Part shown: positions 36,824 to 48,200 of the stretch, piece by piece | Layout of the letters: each line of letters opens with the position of its first letter | Position numbering within the stretch: the stretch's first letter is position 1 | The notes under the pieces: model-generated | The model's input: only the letters and a program-made list of their open reading frames with translations | The model's database searches: none | What the model was told of the DNA's origin: nothing | Made by a program: the position numbers and the translations under genes | Assembly (NCBI GenBank): GCA_905178155.1 | Contig: CAJINV010000020.1 | Coordinates: forward strand, 744,001-808,000 | DNA from: Amoebophrya sp. A120 | Lineage: Eukaryota > Protista > Dinoflagellata | Direction: 5' to 3' | DNA length: 64,000 nucleotides

Positions 36824-38608
36824 ATGGTAGTCGCAACTTCCCCCGTGGCCGCCGCGGGCGAGAGCAACGAGCAGATTCTGCGTATCGGCAAGGGCAAGAA
36901 CACGGGATTCTGGGCCACCACGGTTACCAACTTTCTCCACGGGCCGAGTAAACCCGCAAAAGAGGGTGAGGAGGAAAAGAAGAAGGAAATTTTCGAGGAA
37001 GTGAAAATCTCTGCGCTCGGCGCCGCGATCCCCATGGCGGCGGCTGTGGTCGACATGTGCGAGAAGCGGAAGGTGGGCACACAAGTGAAGGTGGAGACCC
37101 ACTACACCGGGTTGGAGAAAGCCCACAAGCCGCAGATATTGGTGACGTTAAAAAGGAATCCGGAATACGTGCCGCCACCTCCGAAACCAAAGGGAGCCAA
37201 GGTGGTGGTGCCGCCCATGCCGGAAAGGTTGAGTGAGGAAAAGTTGGAGAAGAAAATGAAAAAAGTGTTGAAGGAAGGAGGTATTTATATATCATTATGC
37301 GCATATATAGGGAGGATTTTTTTTTTCTTGATGGACAGGATGTAGATGCGAAAAGACAAAAAGCGGCCGTCGCAGCTAGAAGTAGTGTGATGCTGCTTCA
37401 TTCTACTGTGCGCCCCGGTTCTTGTTGTTGTTCCTCTTCTCGCGTCGTCTCTCCAACTACAGCTTCGATAATTAATAGAAAAGTTTCGAAAATCAAAATT
37501 TCGACAAATTTGTTCTGTAACTGTATCAACAGGAAAGCGCGGCGTCGAAATTGAAGGAGCTGCAGACATGGGTGGACTGAAATACTTTTGCACGAAAGTC
37601 GAGGAGCCAGCAGGCGACTTGGATATGCTGGTGAGTTGCTTTTTTCCAAGACCAAGACTATGATCGAAATTATCGATGAGCTTAAAATCAAAATGTCAGG
37701 CGCCATGCTAGTGTGATGACGACCACCTTTCGTGTGGTCTGAAGGATGAGTCTATCTGTTTCATCATAATCTATCAGGTCGAGTCGGTCAAGGCTATGAA
37801 CGCAAAGTGCGACCCGTCCGAGGAAGAGCGCAAGGGCGGCAGCGGAGCCATTGGCAAGACAGTAATGTCCATGGCCGAGGGCGGTGCACTGTGCATCGTC
37901 TGCTACGTGCCAGCTGCCGAGCTCGCAAATAACGACGCAAAGGACTGGTATTTAGGTTACGTTTGGGTTTTTACAGATTCATTTGAGTATGATCACTTTT
38001 CCTGATCATCCTGATCCAGGAGCGCGGGCTCATGACTGCTCCTGACAACTGGAATTATTATCACACCGCGACCTACAACTCCCTCTACATCTATCAGGTT
38101 GAAGAAGATCCTGTTTTTCTGCGACGTCCCTTCCGTCGAGCTCCGCGAAGACTCCACGGCCCATTATGCTATGGTCAGCGTGAAGGAGGACGGAGAGAAG
38201 GGTATTTTCCCCATCAAAATGCGGGATTACGTCATTCAGAACGCGAATAAGTACCTGCGGGAAAAGGGTTTGATCCCGGAAGTGGACGACGATTCCGAAG
38301 TACCAAGTGCAAAAATGTCTGGGTCTGGAAGAATGTGAATGCAACTTGTGACGCTACATTTGGATTCCAAAAAAATCTGTCTTGCATGAGTAGCAAAGGG
38401 AATGCAATTTTTGCTACGCTGAGAAGTCATTTGTCATGCGGAATAGGCATCAAGAAGCCCTCAAAAAATCTGTATTGCTAGGGTATGCATCACAGACATC
38501 ATGGCTCATGCAAAACGTGCGCGACAAGTGTCAGAATCTTCCAGACCCAGACATTTTTACAGTTGATACGAGGAGGAAATGGTGTTCGGGGATGACGACT
38601 TTCCGTAA
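36824..38608 (+). CDS. Alba-domain protein fused to a conserved uncharacterised domain (KEGGKRGVEIEGAADMGGL) with an acidic tail
   Basis: Alba-like EVKISALGAAIPMAAAVVD...PQILVTL. Three GT-AG introns plus TIR intron 38300-38572. Ends DDDSEEEMVFGDDDFP with TAA at 38606-08. Confidence 0.8.
38301..38568. mobile_element. TIR introner family B, 268 bp, TSD CGAAG/CGAGG; usable as GT-AG intron
   Basis: TACCAAGTGCAAAAATGTCTGGGTCTGGAAG...CTTCCAGACCCAGACATTTTTACAGTTGATA. Removing 273 nt gives DDSE|EEMVFG. Confidence 0.93.
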
Positions 38609-38621
38609 AAAGGTGAAGTGA

Positions 38622-38885
38622 TATCAAATGCAAAAATGTCATCTGGGTCTGGAAGAGTGCATGTTTGTCATGCTTGTCTGGCATGACTTCTAAATCTGTC
38701 ATGCGCGTTAGGTTACCCAAGACAGAGCCCCACTTTGCTGTCATGCAGAAACACAGTTTGTCAGGCAGAATAGGCAGCACCTAGAAGCTCAAAAGCTTGG
38801 CATGCTGAGCCAGCACTTGTGGCCTCTTCATGATACGCCACCCAGCATCACAAGTTTCCAGACCCAGACACTTTCGCAATCCATA
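38622..38885. mobile_element. Family B element, 264 bp, TSD AGTGA, in the presumed 3' UTR
   Basis: TATCAAATGCAAAAATGTCATCTGGGTCTGGAAG...TTCCAGACCCAGACACTTTCGCAATCCATA; starts 13 bp after the stop codon. Confidence 0.92.
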
Positions 38886-39725
38886 AGTGAGATGGCGGGA
38901 CACATGAGCGTGGAGGCCACTCACCTCGTAGTTGAGTCCTGCTCGTCCAGCCTAACAGATGAAATGTACAAGTACATCATATTTTGATCACAACTGTTGT
39001 TCCGAAAGGAAATGCTTTTTTAATATACTGAAATCGAGCCTGTACTAGTTCTAGATCTAGTTGCATATGATTTTCACAATACTTACATCATCAGCATCAA
39101 ATTCATTTCCAAGAGTTTTCACGAGGTTGCCAGATTCAGAAATTCGACGACACCATCGTCGATTTGTCGATTTGGCACAGCAGTATTTTTTGTTGATATG
39201 ATAATATCCACTGCGCGCGGCTAGGGCTACTCGTTTGTAACAAAAGAAGTCATACGTTTTTTATAGGTGGTCGTCCGTTTTCGCTCCGTGTACGAGGGCC
39301 AGCGTAATTGATGCAGTAGTTTGCTCGTACGTCAGTACATCGCATCAAAACGCCAGTTGTAGTTTTATTGGGTTCGCAACCAATGGAAATGGACACTGAA
39401 ACTGATGCATGATCATGAAAGAATTGTCGTCCTCCACCCCGACGCACGGGCTCTGAGGGCACAGCTCACCATTTCGGGTGCAGTTTTCTGGCTACGAAGA
39501 TCTGTGGCTTTGTACCCGCCCAATGAAGTGGTGTTGTTCGAGTTCCGTTTTCCTTTTCGTGGAAGGTGGCTTTGGTTGTGCTTATTATATGCGAAAGAGC
39601 AAATGGAAAAGAAAGTACGTGGAACCTAGAGAAAACGAGCCGAACGAACAGATTGATTCACTAAGACGTAATATTGAAAAGATAAAGAAGTTGCGCAAAA
39701 AGAAAAATATCGTAACGTACGTAAA

Positions 39726-42700
39726 ATGGTCATGATGCAAGGTACAACTGCTGGTCCGCCAGCAGCACTATCCTCCACCAGCGCTGCTGCCTCCGCCGCC
39801 TCCACCGTGCTGCAAGAAAAAGCCGAGTGGCTCCGCCAGAGCAGCTCCTCGCTCCTCGGCGCGCTGCGGCAAACGGCCGGCAGTGTCGCGGAGAGAGTGG
39901 AAAGTTTAGATTACCACTATGCAGACAGTTTAAACGCGTTGAATGAGGTCACGCAAAAAACGATCTCCTCCGGGACCAATCTTGCGCGTAAAGCGGTCGA
40001 GGTGGTGAAGCCCCAACCGTACCGCGACTCGGTGCAGTCTCTGGGGTTGTTTTTCCGGGCCTTCCTCCTGCGTATCTTGCTCGCGGCATCTGTGTATGTC
40101 ACAGACCAACAGGAGGTGCAGGGCTTGCTGCAAAGGCTATTAGCGGTGACCACGTTTGCAGAGCTGGCAGAGGGCGCCATGGACATCTGGTTGCTGGTGA
40201 AACCGGAAGCTTGGAAGGACTTCTGGTCCCATTCTTTGCAGTTGAACTTTCTGACCGAGTTGGCGAAAATTAGGGACTGCGGAAGCTGCGGATCAACAGC
40301 TTTCTTGGATACCACAGAAGGGAACTCGTATCTCCAAAGTGCGATGATTTATTCGGGAGCCGCAGCAGCAGACCACGTTCCCTTGTTCGCCCTTCCCGAC
40401 GTGCTGGACAGTTTTCTGACGGTGCTGTTCGACCTCGCCAACGCGTTGCGGGACCCCGAAGACCCGGAACAGGCCCGCCAGCGGAATTTGGCCTGGGGCA
40501 CGCGGCTGATGGAGGCGAAGATGTTGGTCGCGGAGTTGCGGCGGTACTTCGAGGTGGCGAAAGCAAAACTCCCGATCCCCGCTGGCGACGCGATTACGCT
40601 GGCGCCGTGCCTGCTCGCGCCGGATTCCACGATATCATTGAACTCGTTGAAAACTTACCGAGTTGTTTGGAATACGCAGATTTTTGGATCAAATCAGGTC
40701 AGTCAATTGTCTTCAGCGTTTTACGCTGTATCGTCGAGTGCAACCTCTGGAGTTGGACCTCCCATTGGAATGACGTCGGTATCCGCGGAGGACTTGTTCG
40801 TGAATGTGCGCAGCGGGGAGGCGCAGCTGGACCTGCCACCGCTAATTCCGCTACCGCCCGAAGCAATTTCAGAAAATTCGCCTGCACCGGAGGTTCACGT
40901 CGCGCAGGAACTTCTCGGGCGGAAAGAAGATCTTCGCAGAAATAATTCAAGCCTGGCCGCGACCTCAGCAGTTGAAATCAACAGCGGAACGGTCGTCCAT
41001 CGGGACAATCGCCGCGCCGATATTCTGCAAGCCTTTGAGAAGCAGTGCGAAAAAAAGGCGAAAAAATTACAGGAGAAAAAGACCCGACCGGTTGTGCTGC
41101 ACAACGCGAGCTCCATGGCGTTACGCGCTTCGGTGTTTCAACACGGGGATTCCTACTAAGTGGAATTTTGCAGGAAAAAGGAAAATTGAAAAAAATTGCC
41201 CCCTGTGCTGGACGGGACGAGGGCGACGGCGGCTGGGAGCGGGGGCGACACGACGGCCTTTCTTGCAGTTTGTTTTCATCAAAAAGCATCAGTATAGGCA
41301 CAAAGCGAAAGCTTCACTATAGTGCATTTCACAGGTACAAATGAGGGACATGAAGATGATGAGCCATAAGGTGCAAGCAGCTTGCCTCGCACAGGGATCC
41401 GGCTTTCCGCTCCACACACGCGCACACTACGATGCAAATCATCACAGAGCCCAGTGCTTTTCTCTGTTACTGTTCAAAAAATACCTTGCGCGAGTCACAA
41501 AACCCAAAGAACAGACATAGTAGGCGGCTGCCACTACCTCCCCGGCCTCTTCAGCGCGTCCCTTGGCACGGCCCTGATTGAGTCGGCTGGAAGAAAGCGG
41601 CCCAGGTGCGGCTCCGCGAGCAGGGCCGGAAAAGGCCGGCGGCCCTGAAGCACCTCGACCACCTTCTCCGGGAGTGCCCGGGCAAAGATATCGCCAGGGG
41701 GTTCGACTCCGGTGCCCTTTTTGGCCGTTTAGCCCGTGATTGAGCAAAAAACCAATGGATGCCCAGCGGTCGCAGAGTTCACAGGAAAACACAAAGGGGG
41801 GGCCTCCGGGGGGGCCGAAAATGGGGGCAATTCGGGGACCCAAAATGGGGGGCAAAATCGAGGCACTGCCACCGTGTCACAGAGTTCACAGGAAAATGAG
41901 GGGGCTACCCCTCCGGGACCCCCCGGGCCCCCCGGCCCCGGGCCCCGATTTTTAATGCAAAAGCTCGCGCTTTTGCCTTTTCGGCCAGCCAAAGTTTGCA
42001 AACAGGTGCGGGGGGCCTTCTCCTTGGGGCCCTTTTTGGCATTTTTCGGCCCGCCAGATATTGGCGCCACAAGTCGGATATTTAGGTGCGGTTTCACCTC
42101 CGCCGGGGGGAAAAAATCTAGATGGCCATTTTTTTCGCACTCTCCCCGGCTCGCGCAAAAAGTGCGGAAATAGTTCGGGGCGACCTCTCCTAATGGCAAC
42201 ATATGAACTGTCTGGCATGTCAGCTGCTGGGCCGCCAAATTATTTGGGTAGACCCCGGCTCGCGTGGCCGCCTTTCTCCCCCTGCCCGCATAGCGTGCCC
42301 GTCTGGCGCGCGCCGTCAGCTTGGCACAGCCGCCCCCTGTCGGAGGTAAGCTGCCCTCATCTCACGGGCCATGGTCCTCATCTTCCTTATTTGTAGCTGT
42401 GGCGATGTATTTTGATGAAGGTCTGCCACGTGCCTGTAGCGGTGTTCTTTGATGAGGACTGAGGATTACAAAGGCCGCCGCGTCCTCACCACTCCGAACC
42501 GCCGTAGCCGCCGTCCAATCCAGCACCGGACGCATTTTTTTTCAGTTTTCCTGCTTCCTGCAAGATTCCACTTAGTAATTCCTTCTACAACGTGATTCCC
42601 ATCACTACCACCGTCCTGGAGCCGAACCACCGCGCTTTTCTCCGCTTGGAGGGCGAGGCGTTCCAACTGCAAGTGTTTAAAGCCGGCCATGCGGGGGCTG

Positions 42701-42903
42701 CGCAAGCGGAACAGAGCGGGAGTTTCTCGATTCTGACAAAAATCATGGACGACTTCGCGCCGCTCTACTCCGTGCCAGCCATCCGACGCGGCGAGACGGT
42801 AAGTTTGCGGTCCAACAACGCAGACGTGGGCCCGAGCGGATTCGGCACCAGCAGGGCGGCAGCGAATGGCTTTGGAACAATCAACTCGCTTACCAAAACA
42901 TAG
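39726..42903 (+). CDS. Hypothetical protein (~580 aa) interrupted by a 1.4-kb TIR element
   Basis: ORFs 39726 and 42592 join in frame on removing 1429 nt (FQHGDS|FYNVIP). Confidence 0.75.
41154..42577. mobile_element. Large TIR element family L, 1424 bp, TSD ATTCC
   Basis: TACTAAGTGGAATTTTGCAGGAA...TTCCTGCAAGATTCCACTTAGTA; degenerate IR extends ~120 bp; ATTCC at 41149-53 and 42578-82. Confidence 0.94.
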
Positions 42904-43401
42904 AGTGTGACGTCGTCTACTCGTGGTTCTTTGTTTGTTGTTTCCGTTCGATCATATTGAAAACGAAATTTCTTGTGTGATAAAAATATTAATGTCGTGT
43001 TGATCTTGGTGTGAGGAAAACGAAAACCGATACGTGTGTAGTGTAGATGTACTGCTGGAACCTCCGCGATCTACTGTTGAAAAAACAATCTGAGTTGGAC
43101 CACGTAGACGTAAGAACATATCACAAAAACACACACGACTCAATCGCAAGAATCCCATCCGCAGCCATGGGCACAATGCTGACGTGCGCGAAAGGCAGTG
43201 CAAGTTCTCCGTCGTTTTTGTAGTTTTCTCGAGTAGCACTAGTGAATGTGTTCACGTTGAGAGCTTGAGCGCATGTACGAATCATTGGCTCGACGTCACA
43301 GAAAATACACAAACCTGTTGAAGAAGAAGGACCTCTTTCACGTTTTGGCTTTGATTTATGTTCCCAACAAGACGAAGAGCGTGAACTTCCATTCTGAAGA
43401 A

Positions 43402-44323
43402 ATGCCTTCGTCCACTTTGCCCGCTGACGCAACTCGCGCCCACCCGGCTTCAGTCGTCCTCACGACAAGCTCGCCCAGTGCCTCAAGCAAGCCTAGGGCC
43501 GCGGCTGACACCACCACCAGCGATGCAAAAGAGCAGCTGGATGAACACGACGAGGAGCAGGCCACCAAAGAGCTGTTGATTCTTTCCATCATGGACTCCG
43601 TGATGAAGCTCGACGAGTCCCAATTGCGCCGGACCAAAGCTGCCGTGGAAAAAATTGAGAACAGCAGCACGGTCTTTGCCGATAAGGTGCTCCGCCCGGC
43701 GTTACTCGATCATTTGGAACGCGGCGTCTTTGTGAAGGTCGGGATGTCGTCCGTAGAAGGCTGCGGGGTGATCGCGGTCCGGGATATTCCGGAGGGAACC
43801 GACCCCTTTCAGGTCTGTAACCAGTTTCTGGGTTTGTCGGACACCATGTCAGTCGTGGTGTCAGACGCAGAGCTGCGACGGAGGAAAATCCCACTGGAGG
43901 TTTTGGAAATGGTCAAAAGTTTTTTCGCACCCTTAACGGACAGCGATGATGAAGGAGACAGCGGACGTGGCGGTATTTTAATGCGTTTTGCAATTAGTAG
44001 AAGTCGTGATTTGAGAAGTTACAATGCGACAGGAGTAGAGCAAGCCTTGGCACTCGTCCTGCACGACCTGTGTTCACACAACTCACTACAACCCGAATTT
44101 TTCAGGTGATCTTGAATATGGTGTGAACGCCACAGGGCTGAACAGTTTGAATGTTGGGTGGTACCTGAACCACAGCGATACCCCAAACGTGTGCCATTTT
44201 GAGGCGACCGAGGCGGGGACGTTTTGCACGTACAGGACTACAAGAGCCATCGCGAAGGGAGAAGAGCTCTTCATCGACTACAAAGAGCTCGGTTTGGAGT
44301 ACTACGAGAATATCATGCATTGA
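43402..44323 (+). CDS. Small SET-domain lysine methyltransferase
   Basis: SSVEGCGVIAVRDIPEG, YLNHSDTPN, TRAIAKGEELFIDY; GT-AG intron ~43967-44105; start uncertain. Confidence 0.88.
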
Positions 44324-45289
44324 AATAAGTACGTAATTCGAAAACTTTCAGAGGAGCGACAACCTCCACATACTGCATTTATTATGTTCGTGTATACATC
44401 ATTTTCATTCACTTTCAATCCAATCGACAACATGGAGAACCGATGAAGAAGACTTTCAGAGAAAAGAAAATCATTATCATACTGATCGACGTGCACTACT
44501 CACGGTAATGACTACTTCGAGTCTGAGCTTTCACGGCGTGCACTGTTCCGCAACATCGTCCTCATGACTCCCTTTCTGTGGTACGCATGCCTAGCTGCAA
44601 CTCGTGGACGGTGAGACCGGGAACTTGGTCCGTGTACTAGGAATTTTCAACGTCATCAGTTGTTCAAGGCTTCTTGCACCCACAGCTTCGATGTGATGAA
44701 CGGTATGTGTATGAATTTGGGTCGTGATAAACGGCAACGGAACACGTTGGCAATACGTTGAAGTATGTGACGTTGGGTCGGCTGTAGCTGGTGCCACGTG
44801 CTCTGTAAAAAGAACATCGTCACCAAGGCACAAAAACAAGAAGAGCAAGTTTAAACGAAATGGAAATGAAAAAAATCCGCAGGAGGCCCGTTGTAGATAG
44901 ATGTAGTTGTGTATTTTTGTTTCTGGTTGAGATTGAGGCCATTCTTCGGATTGTTATTTAACATTGAAGTTGAACATATGTCAGATCATTTCTACTCTTT
45001 CGCTTTTCGCTTTCGTATTAACTAACACAAGATACTTGTTCACATGAAAATAAATTCCATCCCGTTGAGCAAGCGCAAGATGTCTCACCGGGCCGCCAGC
45101 TTTGAATGAAGATGAACCAGAACCGACAGACAACTGGAGATGCCTTCGTCTTGACAGAATTCTACTCATTCTTACCCGGAGAAAGACACGCCCACTTTTT
45201 CTTGGCTCCTGACGGGCAGTGCTCAGAGTGGCAATCTTTATGTTCATTCTCGATCCACGATAAATAAATAATTCAGATTTTATCCCAGC

Positions 45290-48200
45290 ATGGCACTTGA
45301 CGCGTGGAACACGCTGCTCCAGTCGCCGAGCAACTCTTCAGACGACGGGTCTGGTGACGATGATGGCTGCCGGTTGCAGAGCGAAAAGAGTGTTGACTCC
45401 TTCTCCGGCGGGGGAGGTGGGCGTGGTGGTAGCAGCGGCGTGGTGGACAACATCAATCATGGGGCATCAATCACTCACACTCACCACAGTGCCAGAGGAC
45501 CACGACTCGGCGGACCGCCGAACATAGTAGCCTTAGCTGCTGAGAACAACGTCTACAGAACAAACACGGGTGGTACTGCGCCCCCGGGCATCAATGTCAA
45601 TCCACCCCAGCAGCACCACCAGCGGGTCGGCACTATCCAGCCCGCGATCACCGGGTCTCCCGGTCTCCCCGGATATAATTCGGTGCCACCACAGACGTCG
45701 TTGTGGGATGTCTTGGGCGCGACCGTGGTGCCCACCAAGAGCGCCGACAACCCGCGCAGTGTAGGCGGGCTCAGCTCAGTGCCAATGCCGGGAACGCAAA
45801 CTAACAGCTCCACTGCTGCTACTTCGGCGGCGCACTCTGTTGGCGTTCGCGGTTCTAACTTGGGAGTGAAGGCGGGCCAAAATAATCTTCAGCAGCAAAC
45901 CGCCTGGGCACCAGCAGGAGGGGGTTTGACGTCGAGAACCACTGGCAGCAGCTCTGGTCCAGTTGCAACGCCACAGCCACTAGCTGGCATCTTCTATGCA
46001 GGAGGTGCACTGCCGCAGGGCGGCGGCGGAAACAGTAAGCTGAGGAGTGGTGCTGGTGGTGGTGGCAGCGTGCACCTAAACCATCCCCAGGTTTCATCTA
46101 GCACAACAAATCACAGCACGCCATCTGGTGCACAACGTCAAAGAAACGCGGCAGCTGGCACCAGTGGGACGGGCACGATCACGACGAGCATGATGACACC
46201 GAGTGGTTTCCACCACTCGGTGCCAGGCATGAACACCGTATCACAGGGGTAAATGAATCACATTACAAATGAATCACCATACGGAAAAAAAAAACTTTCC
46301 AAGTACCGCAGTGCATGGCCCGGCTCGCACGCATAAGGAAGCGCCCAATATATACAACCAAATAACAACCTGAGACACAGCGACGCTCCCCAGGAAGGTC
46401 GCGCCTTTCTCGATAAGGTTTGCGCTATTTGGTTGGTGGCTACGGGGGGCGAACGCAATGGCCAGGAGTGGATGCTGGGGGCATCGTGCCTGAATAGCTT
46501 GCAAACAACTCGGGGGAAGCATTCGCAACCCAAAATACCAAGCACAAGCCCATTGCTAAAGATAGGAAAAGCGACACCATAAAAATGAAGTGACTACACC
46601 TCCATACCGTCGGGCGTAGCGTCCCGAGGGTGTCGGATTTTCTGAAAAAAGATCAACTTTTGCCAAAAATTCATCTTTTTCGAAGCAAAAAAAGAGGTGC
46701 AATCACCTTGCGTTTCGTAGCTATCAACTAGCCCTATGATTCATTTGACTCCTGCTCCCGCTTAGTATCTGCTTGAATCACCCCAGCAAAAAGCCGCGAT
46801 TTTTGGCATCAAATTGATGCCCGAAACACGTCTTCTTCGCGTCAAATCACCCTAGCAGATATCAAGTGGGTTTGGCTTTTTTTTCGTCTGAAACAGGCTG
46901 CACATCTCAAGTGATCACACCTCCACTGCTCCACTTCTGCCACTTGGTAACAGTAGAGTAGGGCAAAAGTAAGAATAGTGCGCCAATAGCACCATGCGGG
47001 GTAGCATTATGCACCACGGTATGATGCTTTGGGGCTGGTCTTGGGGTATCTTCTATGGCATCTTCTGCGCACTACATCTCGCAGTCTTCTCCTTACCAAA
47101 ATGCGACGCCTGGGGCTTTTGGTCGCAGCCTTCTCAAGCATTCGCCCACTGCAATCTACCGACCAGCTGTGTCTGGCGCGGGGAAAAAAGCTGCAGGCGC
47201 TACGGCAGTTGGGGACGCTCCGAATTTTTTGTTTTTTCGAATAACAGTGGTTTCCACCACTCGGTGCCAGGCATGAACACCTATAACAGGCTCAGATGTC
47301 TAATTCAGCGAATTCCAAAAAAAATTTTTTAGGTCGTGGAAACGCGTTTCGCTTTCAATGCTGACTCCCCCCACAAGCTGAAACAAACTGGCTATGGCTA
47401 TCTCATAGCTGGATAATTGTCTTGCCACGTGCAAGGCATAGGCAACCACCTAGCTGCGACCTAGCTAATCCCATTAGTTTGAATGGTTCCAAGCATCCCT
47501 TTGGAGCTGCAATAGCACCTGCTGTCGCGATCTTCGTCCTGTTTTTGGCTTCTGCTTTCTTTTTTGTCGTACTGCTTTGGAGAAAGCTGCCCGAAAATTG
47601 GCTCCCTATTGGATATTGGTCTTCTTCATCTCGTGCTGCTTTCGTGAAAATTGCACAACGTAAGAAGCTTCGATCTACCATAAGAAAGCGCAAGCTCACC
47701 CCGGGCGACTGATTCCGCTCGAAAGGGATCTTCGGGGCCTCTGGGACTGCAAAGGCCCTTCTCCAGAAGAAATGGCCGGCGGGCCCGGTCAGGTAGACAG
47801 GGCGCTGGGCGGTGGCTCCAAATGTACCCAAAAGGACAGGACTCAGGCCAGTCCCCGGACGCTTGCGGAGATGCGATCTCTGGGCAAGTTTTCGCCCGAT
47901 TTCGCAATACGAACATGCCTGAGCCGGATGCTGGCAGTGCAGACGAGGTGCGTGGCTAACGCGCTGAATCGAAGCCAAGAACGACAAAAAATACACCGGA
48001 AAGCGCACGGAAAGCAGCTGCCCTCGCTCCAGAGGGCACCTCTTGGGCCTCGAGACTCCAGTGGTAACTTTGGAACAGGGGCAGCAGCTTGCCGCGCGCT
48101 TTTGCTCCTTTGTCCGGTTCGCACCCTTTTTTTGTCGTGCAATTCAGAAGAAATCTGCAGGACAAACAAAAGTCGAGAATCCAAAAGGACGAGGTTGCCG

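Noticed and set aside
47403-48008. 201-aa ORF inside insert 2 as a candidate transposase
   Set aside because: No DDE, HUH, tyrosine-recombinase or RT motif visible; needs an HMM search.
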